Made by a program: the position numbers and the translations under genes. A stretch of DNA of 64,000 bases from a virus (Duplodnaviria; Heunggongvirae; Uroviricota; Caudoviricetes): the IMG/VR virus record IMGVR_UViG_3300037067_008064, positions 160,001 to 224,000 of that record; one strand, 5' to 3'. The notes below the pieces were generated by a model that was given only the letters and a program-made list of their open reading frames with translations, did not search any database and was not told where the DNA came from. Each line of letters opens with the position of its first letter. The first letter of the stretch is position 1. Positions 1 to 9,585 of this stretch are shown piece by piece.

Positions 1-467
1 TCCGGCCCTTTTTTAAAAGGTGTATCTACTTTCATTTTCTTTAACATCGCATTTCCTACTTTATCATAAGGATTTACAAATCCACCTTCTTTAATTCTTT
101 TTTTCTTTTTTCTTGTTAATGAAGATTGAGTAAACATTTTAAAATTACTATTTCCAAATTTATCTCCAGAACCAATACCATATGTTAAAGTAGAACCAGG
201 AACTACATTCCCCATACCTGGAGTATTATTTAGTGTTGCCATTGGAGAACTTACACCACCAACTGCATCTTCTCTTACTATTTGATTAAATTTTTCTATT
301 GTTTTAACATTTAATAAAAGGCCGTCCCATTTTTTAACTGCCATTTCTTTACTTTTAGCTGTTGGGCCTTGAGCTCCACAAATTTGACAGAAAACATAAG
401 CATAATCTCCTTCAACTTCATAGTATGAAATTAATTCTACACTTTTACAAAATGGACATGGTTTCAT
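1..467 (-). CDS. Partial CDS (runs off left edge): Lar-type restriction-alleviation Zn-ribbon fused to an unknown low-complexity/basic region
   Basis: Not in ORF track; manual translation from ATG at 467: MKPCPFCKSVEL...VFCQICGAQGPTAKSKEMAVKKWD...IVREDAVGG..., open to base 1; preceded by late-promoter motif. Confidence 0.7.
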   Translation of the reverse strand, partial: MKPCPFCKSVELISYYEVEGDYAYVFCQICGAQGPTAKSKEMAVKKWDGLLLNVKTIEKFNQIVREDAVGGVSSPMATLNNTPGMGNVVPGSTLTYGIGSGDKFGNSNFKMFTQSSLTRKKKKRIKEGGFVNPYDKVGNAMLKKMKVDTPFKKGP

Positions 468-482
468 AAAACAATCTTATTT

Positions 483-494
483 TATTTATATATT
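483..494 (-). promoter_or_regulatory. T4-type late promoter (AATATATAAATA)
   Basis: Contains TATAAATA, about 15 nt upstream of ATG 467; same motif recurs before many genes. Confidence 0.65.
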
Positions 495-499
495 TTAAA

Positions 500-528
500 A
501 GAAAAAGGGAGTATTACTACTCCCTTCT
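500..528 (-). terminator. Rho-independent terminator
   Basis: Minus strand AAGGGAGTA-GTAA-TACTCCCTT followed by a T-run, just after stop of 554..1969. Confidence 0.8.
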
Positions 529-553
529 CTTTATTATAAATTTAATTATATAA

Positions 554-1969
554 TTATTCTTTTGGTTCTTCGGGTTCTTTATTTTCTTCTTCATTATCAT
601 CATTTAAGAATGAAAGAATATCTTCATCACTGCCTTTATCTTCTGTTGGTTCTTCAGCAGGTTCTGATGTTTCTTCATTATCTTCTGTTGATATTTCACC
701 ACCAAACATTTCTTCAATATTTACACCTTTATCTTCTAACCAAGATTTAAGATCATCCCAATATTCAGCACTTACTTTAATTTGACCTTCAATTTCATTA
801 CCATCTTCATCAATTACTTTTTCAGCCACAACTTTTTTATCTTCAAGTTCTTTAATAGCATCATCAGCATTATCTACAGTAATAACAAATTCAGTAATTT
901 CTACTTTATTTTCATCTTCATCTTCATCTGATTTTGTTTCATCATCATATTCTTTTGTTTCATCATCTTCAGATTTATCTTTAGGTTCTTCAGTAGGTTC
1001 TTCTGGAGTTTCTACTTCTTCTTCTTTTTCTTTCTTTTCTTCTAAAGGTTCTTTTTCAGTTTCTTCAGTTTCTTTGGCTTCTTCTTCTTCCTTTAATAAT
1101 TGGGCTCTCCTATTACGAATATTTTCAACAATACGTTTTACTTTTCTTCTTCTAGCTTCAAAAGATTCATCCATATCTCTATCTAATTGTTTACGTCTTA
1201 AATACGTTCCAATTTCATCGTCATCATCATCAAAATCTTTATGTTCTTCAGTTGGTTCTTCTGGTTCATCTTCTTCCGCCAAATTTCTATCGTACAACCC
1301 AGGTTTACCAGTTCTTTTATCTGTAAAATCACCCCTTCTATAAGAACCTCTCGGTCTTATTTCTTCTTCTGATTCTTCTGGTTCTTCATTTCTATTTCTT
1401 CCTCTAAAGAAAATAGGTTCATCTGTTGGTTCAGCAACTTCAGCATCTGTAAATCTTGAATTTCTACCAAATCCTCTAAACTTTCCTACTTGGTCTTCAT
1501 CATCATCACATGTACAATCTTCATTCATTCTTCTTCCTGGTTTAATATGTCCATTACCACATCCACATCCACCATTTCTTCTATTTCTAAAAGATTCAGA
1601 AATAGTAGTATTTTGTGCTGGTTGAATTTTAGTTGCCAAACGTCTGCCTAAATCAGATAATTTATAATAGGTAACTCCATTTTTACTTTCAGTTACAAAA
1701 TATTTTTCATTTCTTTTAATCCACATCGAAGCTGCCGCAGGTCTTGCTTTGCCTTCATTTAATCCTAAGATAAATTTACGTAAATCATTTCTAGATACTT
1801 TTTGATTTTCATTAACATAAGAAAGTATTTGGTTTCTTATTGGGCCCGTTGAACCTACACTTATGGGCTGACGTTCACCATATTTTCTTTTTAAAACAAA
1901 ACTTTTTGATTCATTTAAAAATTCATTAAGTGTTGTTGGTACATAACTTTGTTTCATATTATTTAACAT
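554..1969 (-). CDS. Highly acidic putative head/core protein with possible N-terminal winged-helix domain
   Basis: ORF 471 aa; N-terminal TLNEFLNES; helical segment ending YYKLSDLGRRLA; Glu/Asp-rich remainder; late promoter at 1983-1995. Confidence 0.5.
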   Translation of the reverse strand: MLNNMKQSYVPTTLNEFLNESKSFVLKRKYGERQPISVGSTGPIRNQILSYVNENQKVSRNDLRKFILGLNEGKARPAAASMWIKRNEKYFVTESKNGVTYYKLSDLGRRLATKIQPAQNTTISESFRNRRNGGCGCGNGHIKPGRRMNEDCTCDDDEDQVGKFRGFGRNSRFTDAEVAEPTDEPIFFRGRNRNEEPEESEEEIRPRGSYRRGDFTDKRTGKPGLYDRNLAEEDEPEEPTEEHKDFDDDDDEIGTYLRRKQLDRDMDESFEARRRKVKRIVENIRNRRAQLLKEEEEAKETEETEKEPLEEKKEKEEEVETPEEPTEEPKDKSEDDETKEYDDETKSDEDEDENKVEITEFVITVDNADDAIKELEDKKVVAEKVIDEDGNEIEGQIKVSAEYWDDLKSWLEDKGVNIEEMFGGEISTEDNEETSEPAEEPTEDKGSDEDILSFLNDDNEEENKEPEEPKE

Positions 1970-1982
1970 TATTTTTCTTTTT

Positions 1983-1995
1983 TATTTATATATTC
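1983..1995 (-). promoter_or_regulatory. T4-type late promoter
   Basis: GAATATATAAATA just upstream of ATG 1969. Confidence 0.7.
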
Positions 1996-2048
1996 ACTTT
2001 TAAAATTAACAATTTAGAAGTTTATGTTAACATCAATTAAAGATATTG

Positions 2049-3098
2049 TTATTCATCTAATTTAGGAATTTTGTGTAATTTAAATGATTCTTCAATTTCG
2101 GGTTCTTCAATTTCTTTTTTATTTTCTTCATCTTCTACAGGATTAGATAATTTATCATCTAATTCATCTTCATCAATTTCATGAGCTTCATCATAATCAT
2201 CTGACAACCAAGATATAATATCTTTTTTTGTTAAATAACTCATATAAGTTTTAGTACCAAAGGTTTCTGATTTACCTTCAATTACTTTTTCTTTCCATCT
2301 TGAATCTTCATCATCTTTATAAATTTTGCCTATAAAGGAATTATCATCATCATCAATTTCAACATAAAATACAGTTTCTGCATCTTCATCTTGTTCATCA
2401 AAATCAATAACAGATTCTTCTTCATCTTCATTTGCTTCTAAAAGAATATCTTTATATGATTCATTTGTATTATAAAATCTTGAATCTAATTTTTTAGAAA
2501 TTTGTTGTCTAAAAATTAATGGATTTATATCATTCCTTTTAAGAATATTATCAAAAAGTTCACTATCATTAGGATGATTATTATAAAACATAATAGCTAA
2601 TTCTTTTAAAAGATTTTCATTTTTATATAATTTATTTTTGCATTGTGTTAATTCATAAGAATCATCTTCATCATGAACTAAATAATTTTCTTTTATAAAA
2701 CTTTCATTAATAACATCTCTAAGAATATCAATCAATTGTTTAACTGTAATAGGTTCATTTGAACGGTGTGTTCCATATCTTTGTATATAGGAATTAACTT
2801 TACTTAATATATGAGATTCATTTTCTAAAATTGATTCTTTTACGGGAGTTTTATCAGTAGTTTGTGTAGTTTGTTGGTTTTGTTCTGTATGTTGAAGCTG
2901 CCCCATACTAGTTAACATAGTACTATCTAACTGTCCTTGTAATTTAGATAATTGTAATTTAAAATTATTAATTCTTAAATCTAACTCATCCATTGCTTTT
3001 TGATGTGTTAACTTATCTTTTTCAGCAGCTAATAATTGTTGTTGAACTGCAGCAACTTGTGTTGCAGCATCTTCTTTAAGTATATTACGTTTAGCCAT
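2049..3098 (-). CDS. Acidic hypothetical protein, putative internal head protein with N-terminal coiled coil
   Basis: ORF 349 aa; ILKED, VKESILENES, INES, LLEA motifs. Confidence 0.5.
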   Translation of the reverse strand: MAKRNILKEDAATQVAAVQQQLLAAEKDKLTHQKAMDELDLRINNFKLQLSKLQGQLDSTMLTSMGQLQHTEQNQQTTQTTDKTPVKESILENESHILSKVNSYIQRYGTHRSNEPITVKQLIDILRDVINESFIKENYLVHDEDDSYELTQCKNKLYKNENLLKELAIMFYNNHPNDSELFDNILKRNDINPLIFRQQISKKLDSRFYNTNESYKDILLEANEDEEESVIDFDEQDEDAETVFYVEIDDDDNSFIGKIYKDDEDSRWKEKVIEGKSETFGTKTYMSYLTKKDIISWLSDDYDEAHEIDEDELDDKLSNPVEDEENKKEIEEPEIEESFKLHKIPKLDE

Positions 3099-3101
3099 TT
3101 T

Positions 3102-3839
3102 TTAATTTATTTTAATTCTTCTTAATTTCCATGATTCACTTATTTTTTGTTTAGTTTCATCAGAAAGTTTTTTACCTTTTCCACCTTTAGCATTTGTATT
3201 TCCTATTTTTGATAAACTCATTCTTTTTTTGATTTCTTCAGAACGTTTAACATTTTTATTTGATTCACTTCTTATTTTTCTATTTTCTATAGCTCCTTCG
3301 TTACCAAATAAATTTATATATGTTCTTCCTTTAAGAATATTACTTATTTTTTGTTTTGTTTCTGAACTTAGACTTCTACCTTTTAATGTATTACTTATTT
3401 TTTGTTTTGTTTCTAAGGAAATAAAATTGCTTTTTCTATTTTCTTTATATGCTAATTTTAAAGATTCACTTAATCTTTTTTTAGTTTCTTCAGAAGCTTT
3501 TCTTCCTTTATGAAATTCACTTAATTTTTTTCTTCCATCTTCAGACATTCCACCAGAAACTTGATGTCCACCTCTTGGGCTTATATTATAACCCATTGGT
3601 TGTAATGTATTAAATTGATTGATATATTTTTCTTGAGCATCGAAAGCTTCTTTTTTGGTATTAAATTGTTCAAGAATTTCTTTTTTAAAATTTTGTTTAC
3701 CATATTTTTTAATAGCTTTATGAATTAATTCTCCACTTCCTAAATATCCATCATCTAAATTATTTGTTGAATGATCTCCAATATATTGTTTGCCATTTAT
3801 AATATTAGTTGTTATGTAAATATAATTAAAATGTTTCAT
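3102..3839 (-). CDS. GIY-YIG homing endonuclease (Seg-like) with NUMOD3-type repeats
   Basis: YIYITTNIINGKQYIG...YLGSG...GYN catalytic domain; repeated SxETKQKIS motifs. Confidence 0.9.
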   Translation of the reverse strand: MKHFNYIYITTNIINGKQYIGDHSTNNLDDGYLGSGELIHKAIKKYGKQNFKKEILEQFNTKKEAFDAQEKYINQFNTLQPMGYNISPRGGHQVSGGMSEDGRKKLSEFHKGRKASEETKKRLSESLKLAYKENRKSNFISLETKQKISNTLKGRSLSSETKQKISNILKGRTYINLFGNEGAIENRKIRSESNKNVKRSEEIKKRMSLSKIGNTNAKGGKGKKLSDETKQKISESWKLRRIKIN

Positions 3840-3848
3840 ATGTTTTAT

Positions 3849-5627
3849 TTATATATTAGTTTGTTGAACTCTAATCATGCCACTCCAAGTTTTATATTCG
3901 CTAATTATTGAATCATAAAATGAATGTATGGGTTCAGGAGTAAGGGAATTAAATTTAGATGGGTTTTGATCTTCAATTGCTCTTAATAAATCGTGTCTAT
4001 CTTTATTAGTCATTTCATTTATACTAAATTCATTTTCTACATTTAAACGCCTTCCCATAATTTCTTCTTCAAAATATAATTGCAATGCTAATTCAGATTT
4101 TTTACCTGTATCAGTTATAATAACTATTGGTTCATAATCAGGTCTACAGTATTGAAATATATCGGTTAAATCCCAAGATTCTAATAAAACAGAATTAACA
4201 ATTTGATCTGATTTAAAATTACAAAGAGATTTCATTTGAGCTTCTAATAAATTATCACTAATTGTAAAATTATCTCCTTTTATTTTTCTTTGTGAACTTA
4301 TTGCACCTAATATAATTGGCATATTCCACAACATCGCCATATCAATAATATTTTCAAATTGTGAATTTGAAAATGGCAAATAATCAGTTATATAAATAAT
4401 ACATTTTTCTTTTCCTTTGTTTACATTAAATGCCTTAGATTCAAATGCTTTTTGAATAGATGCTATAACTCTCATGTTATCAATATCATTTTCTCTTGTT
4501 GCATTAATTTGACTCACTAAAACATTATCTGATCTTCCTTCATCTATTGTTTGTGCAAATTGACTATTTACAGTATTATTAATTAAAAATACATATGTAT
4601 TAAATTTTTTAACAATATCTTCTGTTAATAATCCATAAGCTTTTTTATATTTTCTAAATGAAGATAAAATAATTTTATAAATAGCTTCATATAAAGCCCC
4701 CTCTTGTAAAATTTTTAATGTTTTATTATTATTAATTAAATTAATATTTAATTTTCCATAAAATCCATATTGTGGAGGATTTAAAAATTTAACATCAATA
4801 TCAGATTCATTTATTTCAAATGCTTTTCTTTCAATAAAATTATTAAATATATCATTAATAATTTCTAAATATCTTTCATCTATATTATAACTATTAATAT
4901 TTGGTAATGTATAGTTATCCATAAAATTATTAAGTGACATCACGATAATATCATAATAATCTCTTGGAGTTGCGAAATCCTTTTCATATGCTTCATTAAG
5001 CACTTCAAATTCTTTAGATAAAATTTGGAAAATACCATCTTTACCTTTAATTATTATACCTTCTATAATGTTCTCTTTAGAATATGAATTTTCAAAATAA
5101 TCTCTAAGAAATTCAGTTATTGAAATAGGAAATTTATCTATACCATAATTATATAATGCATTTTTTTGTTGTTCTGTTAATAACCCCTGATAAATAATTG
5201 GTGGTCTACCCATACATAATTTACCTGCCCATTCCTTAAGTTCATTATAATCTGATATTTCAGTTTTTTTATCTTGAATTATAATATCTGTTAAAATATA
5301 TTTTGGTAAATGTGCATAAGGAATTCGTATAGGTCTTTCAATGGGTGTATATGCAATTCCAAATCTGTAATTTTCTGGAATATCTATTTTTTCTAATAAT
5401 GCTGGTATTTGATGAAATGCTGGTTCCCATATATTTGTAATAACTCTTTCAATTAAATTAATAGGTGTACCATCTTTTTTATAAAAACAAATATTTCCAT
5501 CTTTCTTTTCAAACATTAATCTATAGGTATCAAGTTTTTCAAAAATAATAACCTCATCATTTAAAAATTGATTTAAATATTCAACACCTCTTTTTTCTAA
5601 GATTTGATTTATTGTATTAATTGCCAT
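3849..5627 (-). CDS. RNA-ligase-like domain fused to degenerate HUP (cytidylyltransferase-like) domain
   Basis: IIFEKLDT (motif I-like) and EGIIIK (motif IV-like); C-terminal IIYITDYLPFSNSQ resembles GxFxPxHxGH without the His residues. Start moved from 5660 to 5627 because a late promoter lies at 5642-5653. Confidence 0.5.
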   Translation of the reverse strand: MAINTINQILEKRGVEYLNQFLNDEVIIFEKLDTYRLMFEKKDGNICFYKKDGTPINLIERVITNIWEPAFHQIPALLEKIDIPENYRFGIAYTPIERPIRIPYAHLPKYILTDIIIQDKKTEISDYNELKEWAGKLCMGRPPIIYQGLLTEQQKNALYNYGIDKFPISITEFLRDYFENSYSKENIIEGIIIKGKDGIFQILSKEFEVLNEAYEKDFATPRDYYDIIVMSLNNFMDNYTLPNINSYNIDERYLEIINDIFNNFIERKAFEINESDIDVKFLNPPQYGFYGKLNINLINNNKTLKILQEGALYEAIYKIILSSFRKYKKAYGLLTEDIVKKFNTYVFLINNTVNSQFAQTIDEGRSDNVLVSQINATRENDIDNMRVIASIQKAFESKAFNVNKGKEKCIIYITDYLPFSNSQFENIIDMAMLWNMPIILGAISSQRKIKGDNFTISDNLLEAQMKSLCNFKSDQIVNSVLLESWDLTDIFQYCRPDYEPIVIITDTGKKSELALQLYFEEEIMGRRLNVENEFSINEMTNKDRHDLLRAIEDQNPSKFNSLTPEPIHSFYDSIISEYKTWSGMIRVQQTNI

Positions 5628-5676
5628 AAATATTGTTTTAGTATTTATATATTTATTCAAATTAAAAAAGGAGCAA

Positions 5677-6300
5677 TTATCTCCTTTTTACTATTATTTG
5701 TTTTCCTGATGCTACTATTAAATTAAGTGCGTTAGGGTAAATTGATTTATATGTCATAACAGAACCTGCATCATTAAATCCTTCTAACCAATTACCAACG
5801 GCCCCGTGTTTATCTTCATACCATATAGCTTTTGCTATATTATTATCTATCAGCCAAATATCAAATTTGCCGTTTTTTTTCATTAAATTTCCTATTTCTT
5901 TTTGAACTTCTTCTGCACAATCTTGCGCGTATAATCCACGTAAATTATCTTTAATTGTATTGGCTTTTTTAAGACAATCTTTAAATTCTGTATTTATTTT
6001 GGCTTGTTCAAGATAATTATCATATTCATAATCATCTAATGTTGCATTAGGTACAAGATAAATTTTGTCTTTAATATTTATTAAATCATATATATCAATT
6101 TCATCTTTAAAAATAGTAGCAAATATTGCAGGTTTTTCATAAACAAAATTATCAACTTGTTCTTTACTATAATAAAAAGATTTTTTGGGGTCTTTAGGTA
6201 TAAGTCCATTTCTATATATTGAATCACGATATTTTGAAGATGATACATGTAATAAATATCTTGTTGATTTAACAATATCTAATGATTCTTTAACAAGCAT
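5677..6300 (-). CDS. Putative ADP-ribosyltransferase / Tpt1(KptA)-like NAD-utilising protein
   Basis: YLLHVSSSKYRDSIYRNGLIP (LYHxT...I...GLxP pattern), AIFAT strand, C-terminal SIYPNAL; MLVKESL leader. Confidence 0.55.
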   Translation of the reverse strand: MLVKESLDIVKSTRYLLHVSSSKYRDSIYRNGLIPKDPKKSFYYSKEQVDNFVYEKPAIFATIFKDEIDIYDLINIKDKIYLVPNATLDDYEYDNYLEQAKINTEFKDCLKKANTIKDNLRGLYAQDCAEEVQKEIGNLMKKNGKFDIWLIDNNIAKAIWYEDKHGAVGNWLEGFNDAGSVMTYKSIYPNALNLIVASGKQIIVKRR

Positions 6301-6308
6301 GTTAAATA

Positions 6309-7046
6309 TTATTTTGCATATTTATCTTCCCAAACAATAATACTTCCTTTTTCATGTGAACTTGCTGAACCATCTTGCTCTAAATCATCTCTATATCCAG
6401 ATGCAATTTCACTAGATCTAAAGGTCATGGTTTTTTTACTATTATCACTAATACAATAAGTGAAAAACCCAGTTTTGTTTCCTTTAGGAAACGCATCTAT
6501 TCTAGTAATATACCAAAAACTTCCAGGTAAAGGAAATTTTTCATTTATGTATTCTTGAAAATCATCTACTTCTCCATCAGAAATAGTTGGTTCATGCCAA
6601 TAAGTCTTTGGTTCAAACCATTCATCTTCATTTAAATTTTCTCTTACCAAAGATTCTATTAATGGTATTGCACTTACAACTTTATAACTATCAACATTAT
6701 AACCCATCATTTTTAAAGTTCTTAAAATATCTAATTGATTAGTATATGGATCTGGTATAGATTTTTTTTGAAACTGCATTTTAGTAATAGTAACAATTTT
6801 TTTATTAGGTAATATTACTCTTACTTCTTTATATCTTTTTTCTTTTTCTTCATTTAAAGATTCATCAACATCCTTTACATATTTAAAATATAATTTATCT
6901 AATTCTTCTTGGGTTGCTTCCATTTGACCATTATTAAATTTGGTTAACATGGATTTAATAAAATTAATATGCCCTCTTTCTTCTGGATATATTTCTTGTA
7001 AATCAGATAAATGAGACATAATAGCCATATATAAATCTATCTTCAT
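6309..7046 (-). CDS. Hypothetical modular protein with LNE-type linkers
   Basis: ORF 245 aa; DESLNEE and IESLVRENLNE separate short modules. Confidence 0.5.
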   Translation of the reverse strand: MKIDLYMAIMSHLSDLQEIYPEERGHINFIKSMLTKFNNGQMEATQEELDKLYFKYVKDVDESLNEEKEKRYKEVRVILPNKKIVTITKMQFQKKSIPDPYTNQLDILRTLKMMGYNVDSYKVVSAIPLIESLVRENLNEDEWFEPKTYWHEPTISDGEVDDFQEYINEKFPLPGSFWYITRIDAFPKGNKTGFFTYCISDNSKKTMTFRSSEIASGYRDDLEQDGSASSHEKGSIIVWEDKYAK

Positions 7047-7056
7047 AAATATTAAA

Positions 7057-7560
7057 TTATTTTACTAACCTTTTACTAGTTTTTCTAATATCTTGATATG
7101 ATTCTACTTTTCTTAAATTATTTTTTCTATCATCTTCAGCTCTTTGATTTAACATTGCTGTTGGAATAATATCACCTGGATTAATTTCGTGTTTTGTATT
7201 AATTACCCATTCACGTGCTTCTTTTTTCGATTTAAATCCGGATTTATAATCTACTATTTCATCTGGTGCTCCAACTCCTGGGCTACCATAAAATAAAACG
7301 GTCCAATCATCTACTTCTTCGTAACGTTCTGTAAGTGATTCACTCATACTACTCATATTAACAGAAATCCAATCTGGTAAATAGTCAAATTCTTTAAACA
7401 AATATTTTTCTGCTTCATCCCAATCATCTGTTGCAGATAATAAATAATTCATACGTGTATCTTCATCTGCAGAATCCCACATTTCTTTGGTTACGTAATG
7501 AATATCACCATATTCATTTAAAACTTCTTCTAAACTTTCTTTAACTAATTTATTTTTCAT
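7057..7560 (-). CDS. Hypothetical protein, putative internal head protein
   Basis: Likely start MKNKLVKESLEEVLNE at 7560, avoiding overlap with upstream gene. Confidence 0.5.
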   Translation of the reverse strand: MKNKLVKESLEEVLNEYGDIHYVTKEMWDSADEDTRMNYLLSATDDWDEAEKYLFKEFDYLPDWISVNMSSMSESLTERYEEVDDWTVLFYGSPGVGAPDEIVDYKSGFKSKKEAREWVINTKHEINPGDIIPTAMLNQRAEDDRKNNLRKVESYQDIRKTSKRLVK

Positions 7561-7570
7561 ATTAAAAATA

Positions 7571-8680
7571 TTATTTTTTACCAGCTGTTGCCATTTTTTG
7601 AAATTTGTTTTTTCCATATTTTTCACGGCCTATATATGCAGCTAATGCTTCTGGATCTTTAGCACCTTTTTTCTTTAAATTTTTATCAAGTTTTTTAAAC
7701 CTTGCACCGGTTCCAAGCTTTGCTTTTTCATTAAGCTTAGCATCTTCACCAACAACATATTCAGCAAAACCACGGAAGGTAGCATTTTCTGGAGCATAAA
7801 AATAAAAAGTTTCTTCTTCAGCATTATTTTCAAAAAATTCTGTTAACGCATCAATTTTTTCTTCCTTTGATAAATTTACATCATCTAAGATATCATAATA
7901 TTCATCTTGAAGTTCAACATCATCAGGCATGTATTTATCTATTTTATAATATACTTCACCATAATCACCTTCTTCTGGGTGTTCATCTTCAAGATTTTCT
8001 TGTTCATCTCTTGTTTTTTCAAAATCTTCTTCTGTTGATTCATCACCATGCCAATCTATTCCTTTATGTTTTGGTATTTTTTCAAAATCTTCCTCTGTTG
8101 ATTCTTCACCAGTAAAATTTTCTTCGTTTACTTTATTAGACTTTTTTTTTATAATTAACTTTGTTTTTGGTTTGGAACTTTCATTTAATTCAAATCTAAT
8201 TTCTTCAAAAAATTTATTAGCAACTTCATTAAATGATTCTCTGATTATCATATCAATCATATCAACAGTAAGAATTTCATTAATTGATGATACTTTAATT
8301 TGTTCATACATTTCGTCAAGTATATCATATATCTTCCATTTCATATTATGCCCATTAATATTTTCATATAATGCAGCTTTAACTTTATTTTTAAGAAAAT
8401 TCTTTTTTTGTAAAACAGTTGAATGTTCATTTATCATAACTGATTTATTTTGAATAAATTTTTCACCATCTTTTGTTATACCACTTCCTTCATTCCAGTA
8501 TTTATTTAGTTCAAACAAAAATGAATCACGAGCAGATCTTCCTAAATTATTGTAAGATACACAATTATATTTTTCTAGTAACCCGCTATATACATTTTTA
8601 AAATCTAATAAAACTTTAGATTCGTTTGATTCAAAAGCTTTTGTTTGTTTTTCTTTATATACATCATTGAATTTTCTCAT
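7571..8680 (-). CDS. Modular acidic protein with basic C-terminal domain
   Basis: Likely start MRKFND at 8680, after late promoter 8701-8713; internal repeat GxESTEEDFEK x2; basic tail GTGARFKKL...ALAAYIGREKYGK. Confidence 0.55.
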   Translation of the reverse strand: MRKFNDVYKEKQTKAFESNESKVLLDFKNVYSGLLEKYNCVSYNNLGRSARDSFLFELNKYWNEGSGITKDGEKFIQNKSVMINEHSTVLQKKNFLKNKVKAALYENINGHNMKWKIYDILDEMYEQIKVSSINEILTVDMIDMIIRESFNEVANKFFEEIRFELNESSKPKTKLIIKKKSNKVNEENFTGEESTEEDFEKIPKHKGIDWHGDESTEEDFEKTRDEQENLEDEHPEEGDYGEVYYKIDKYMPDDVELQDEYYDILDDVNLSKEEKIDALTEFFENNAEEETFYFYAPENATFRGFAEYVVGEDAKLNEKAKLGTGARFKKLDKNLKKKGAKDPEALAAYIGREKYGKNKFQKMATAGKK

Positions 8681-8700
8681 GTCTGTAAATTTAGTTATTT

Positions 8701-8713
8701 TATTTATATATTC
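8701..8713 (-). promoter_or_regulatory. T4-type late promoter
   Basis: GAATATATAAATA. Confidence 0.7.
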
Positions 8714-8816
8714 ATTTTTCTTTTTCACCAATACATATTCATATTTTAACAAAACTTTAACATGAAATGAAATTTGTGGCATCATATTTTCATGTATATA
8801 TAATAAAACAACTATT

Positions 8817-9584
8817 ATGAAAAACTTATTTTTTAAATTATTAAGTATTATTTTAATTTCATTTGCATGTACAACAACAAATAATCTTCCTTATGACGAA
8901 GTATATAACAAACAAAATATTGATACCACAAATACGCAAACTGTAATTAATAATTATACAACAGAAAATTATTATGATGTACAAGACTATAATCCATATT
9001 ATTCTGATTGGGATTGGAATTATTATTACTTCTATAATAATAGGTTGTATTTTTATTCTCCTTATTATAATTATTGGGGATATGATTTAAATTACTATGG
9101 TTGGTATTACCCATATTACTATGGATATTATCCACATTATTATGAAAATAATTATTGGTATTGGAATTCTAATTACTCATATTATATGAATAATGATAAT
9201 TACTATTATGGGCCAAGGCATTCATATAATCCAGATTTAAAACCAATTAAACCAATTAATGAAAAACCAACAAGAATTAATCCAACATATCCAAAACCTT
9301 ATACTGCTAAAACAAATGCACCAAAGTATAATTCAGGTACAACACAAAAATATAATTTAAATACAACAACTAGACAGACTAAGGTTGAACCAACTAAAAC
9401 TAGAATAATTCCTTTAGATTCACGTCAGTCTAATGCACCAAAGTATAACTCAACCACAAAACCCCAAAATTATTATAGACCAAATAATTATAATACATCA
9501 CCAAAAAGTTATAGTGCACCATCTACAAAATCAAATGGTGCACCATCAAATAATAGTGCACCATCTAGAAGTAGTAGAAAATAG
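8817..9584 (+). CDS. Lipoprotein, Tyr/Asn-rich then Pro/Ser/Thr-rich (Bacteroidota style)
   Basis: Signal peptide II MKNLFFKLLSIILISFA-C, followed by YDEVY, aromatic low-complexity middle and disordered tail. Confidence 0.7.
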   Translation: MKNLFFKLLSIILISFACTTTNNLPYDEVYNKQNIDTTNTQTVINNYTTENYYDVQDYNPYYSDWDWNYYYFYNNRLYFYSPYYNYWGYDLNYYGWYYPYYYGYYPHYYENNYWYWNSNYSYYMNNDNYYYGPRHSYNPDLKPIKPINEKPTRINPTYPKPYTAKTNAPKYNSGTTQKYNLNTTTRQTKVEPTKTRIIPLDSRQSNAPKYNSTTKPQNYYRPNNYNTSPKSYSAPSTKSNGAPSNNSAPSRSSRK

Positions 9585-9585
9585 T

